NCBI GenBank assembly: GCA_012295275.1
Contig: CM022672.1
Coordinates: forward strand, 17,360,001 to 17,424,000
DNA: 64,000 nucleotides
Reading direction: 5' to 3'
Source: Chrysomallon squamiferum
Lineage: Eukaryota > Animalia > Mollusca
Both the position numbers and the translations under genes were made by a program. The notes below the pieces were generated by a model. The model did not search any database. It saw only the letters and a list, made by a program, of their open reading frames with translations, and had not been told where the DNA came from. Position 1 is the first letter of the stretch. Every line of letters starts with the position of its first letter. Below, piece after piece: positions 62,512 to 64,000 of this stretch.

Positions 62512-64000
62512 AACTGGTAGTTGTAGGTGTAACAATAACAGAGGTGGGGACAGCGAGACTAGAAATGTCGAGGATGATGATGATGGTGAGAAAGACAGTA
62601 GCAGAACAGGGAAGACTCAGAAAGAACAAATGGATTACTGATATTGTCTACAAATCATTTGAAGATTTGTTTATTTCTTTGGTGTACATGGCAGACAAAT
62701 TAGAAAACGAATTCAGCATTATCATTATACAATAACCATCAGCTCCGAGCCAAATATGATTTACTTATAAACTAGCCCATCATTCGCGACAGCGGTTCTG
62801 TGTAACGGGAAACGATGGAAACGAATAATTACCGTCAAACAAACAAGTCACTGGAAATTGGTTATGCATAAACCAAGAGAAACAAGAATGAATGAATTCC
62901 TTCGTCATAATCTCGAAACTCCATCAGTGGTTATTGTCTCTCTCTCTCTCTCTCCACGAATGGGAGACTCCAACAAGGCAGGAAAATAAGTATGCATCGC
63001 AAGGACACGGTAATCTAATTACCGGGACTAAATAATGGTATTCGGCTATTGCCGGTGTAATAGGCAGTTTATCATAGTAGGGAACTGCGACAGCCTCGAC
63101 TATGTAAACCAATCAGTGTCTGCAGTGACCAGAATCAACTCCTGATACATACAGTAAGTCAAATGGTTTCGGTGACCGAACTGCGCTCAAAATGACTAAC
63201 GAAAAACACGGCGAAAATCGATAGCAATTGAGTCTGTCTGTTTAAGTTACGGGTCTGAGAAATGTCGAATGGAAATAAGACTGAACTAACTTTCGTTCAC
63301 TTAAATATTAATGTTTAATTTTTTTTTTTTTTTTTTTTAATTCATCCTTTTGTGATTTAAAGGGGGAAAAAAGAAATAGAAGATGATTGAAAGAGTAAAA
63401 GAAATGGAAAAAAATTGAAACAAAAAAATGAAGAGAGATAACGAGAAAAATAACAACACGTTAATGACAACAATAGTTACGTTAGTTGTGACAAGAGAAT
63501 CACAGAAGCAAAAACTGTACTAAAGATAACAACAGCAATAACTACAGCATAAACACTAATAATGAATCTAATACCTTTCTTTGTTTCTTATTTTTAATCG
63601 CTTTCTGGAATGTATCTTAGTGCAAGCCTGCTCGAATCAGAAATTAAAGGTCTGCAAATCAACCCTTCTCCGAGTGCCATTTTCAACAAGTCTGTGATGT
63701 ATAAATAACGATATTTGATTTTCTTTTTGTTCTGAAATATCACTGGGTTCTTATTTTCCTGACAATATTTTTCAGTTTAATTCTTTGACAGTATCATCAG
63801 AAAATATCCTTTAAAGTTACAAATAAAAGCGATAAAGAAATCATCTCTATTTGTAATAATAACAATAAACATATCTCCAGACATAGAACCGTATATGATC
63901 GGTTCGAACTGAAGTCAAATGTTATTTACAATAAATCACCGGTAATGGGAATAAAATAGACTATGTACGTAATTTGTAAAGCTACAAATAATTATTTACA

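Overview
Animal nuclear DNA: very AT-rich, dense in microsatellites, with GT-AG spliceosomal introns. It looks invertebrate, possibly molluscan, but that is inference only. No rRNA, tRNA, CRISPR or prokaryotic features were seen, and almost all ORF-track entries are simple-repeat artefacts. Three genes can be rebuilt by hand. (1) A 15-exon minus-strand SLC6/NSS-fold transporter (ATG 29107, stop 5374; ~590-606 aa). It has lost nearly all canonical Na+/Cl-/gating residues and carries two tandem, paralogous, frame-neutral micro-exons in extracellular loop 2, probably mutually exclusive. (2) A plus-strand RING-less TRIM-like gene (B-box, coiled coil, two FN3-like modules; 33568 to at least 39335). 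Its first FN3 exon has a 1-nt frame break that a 100-nt GT-AG segment could splice out. (3) An intronless minus-strand secreted or membrane-anchored, Cys-rich, Ca-binding-EGF protein (51314-50110), split into two ORFs by a -1 frame break at GAA AAA TAG. Also present: a Tigger/pogo-like MITE, a hAT-like MITE, two 38-bp minisatellites (one is an array of TGACGTGA motifs) and several promoter-like motif clusters.
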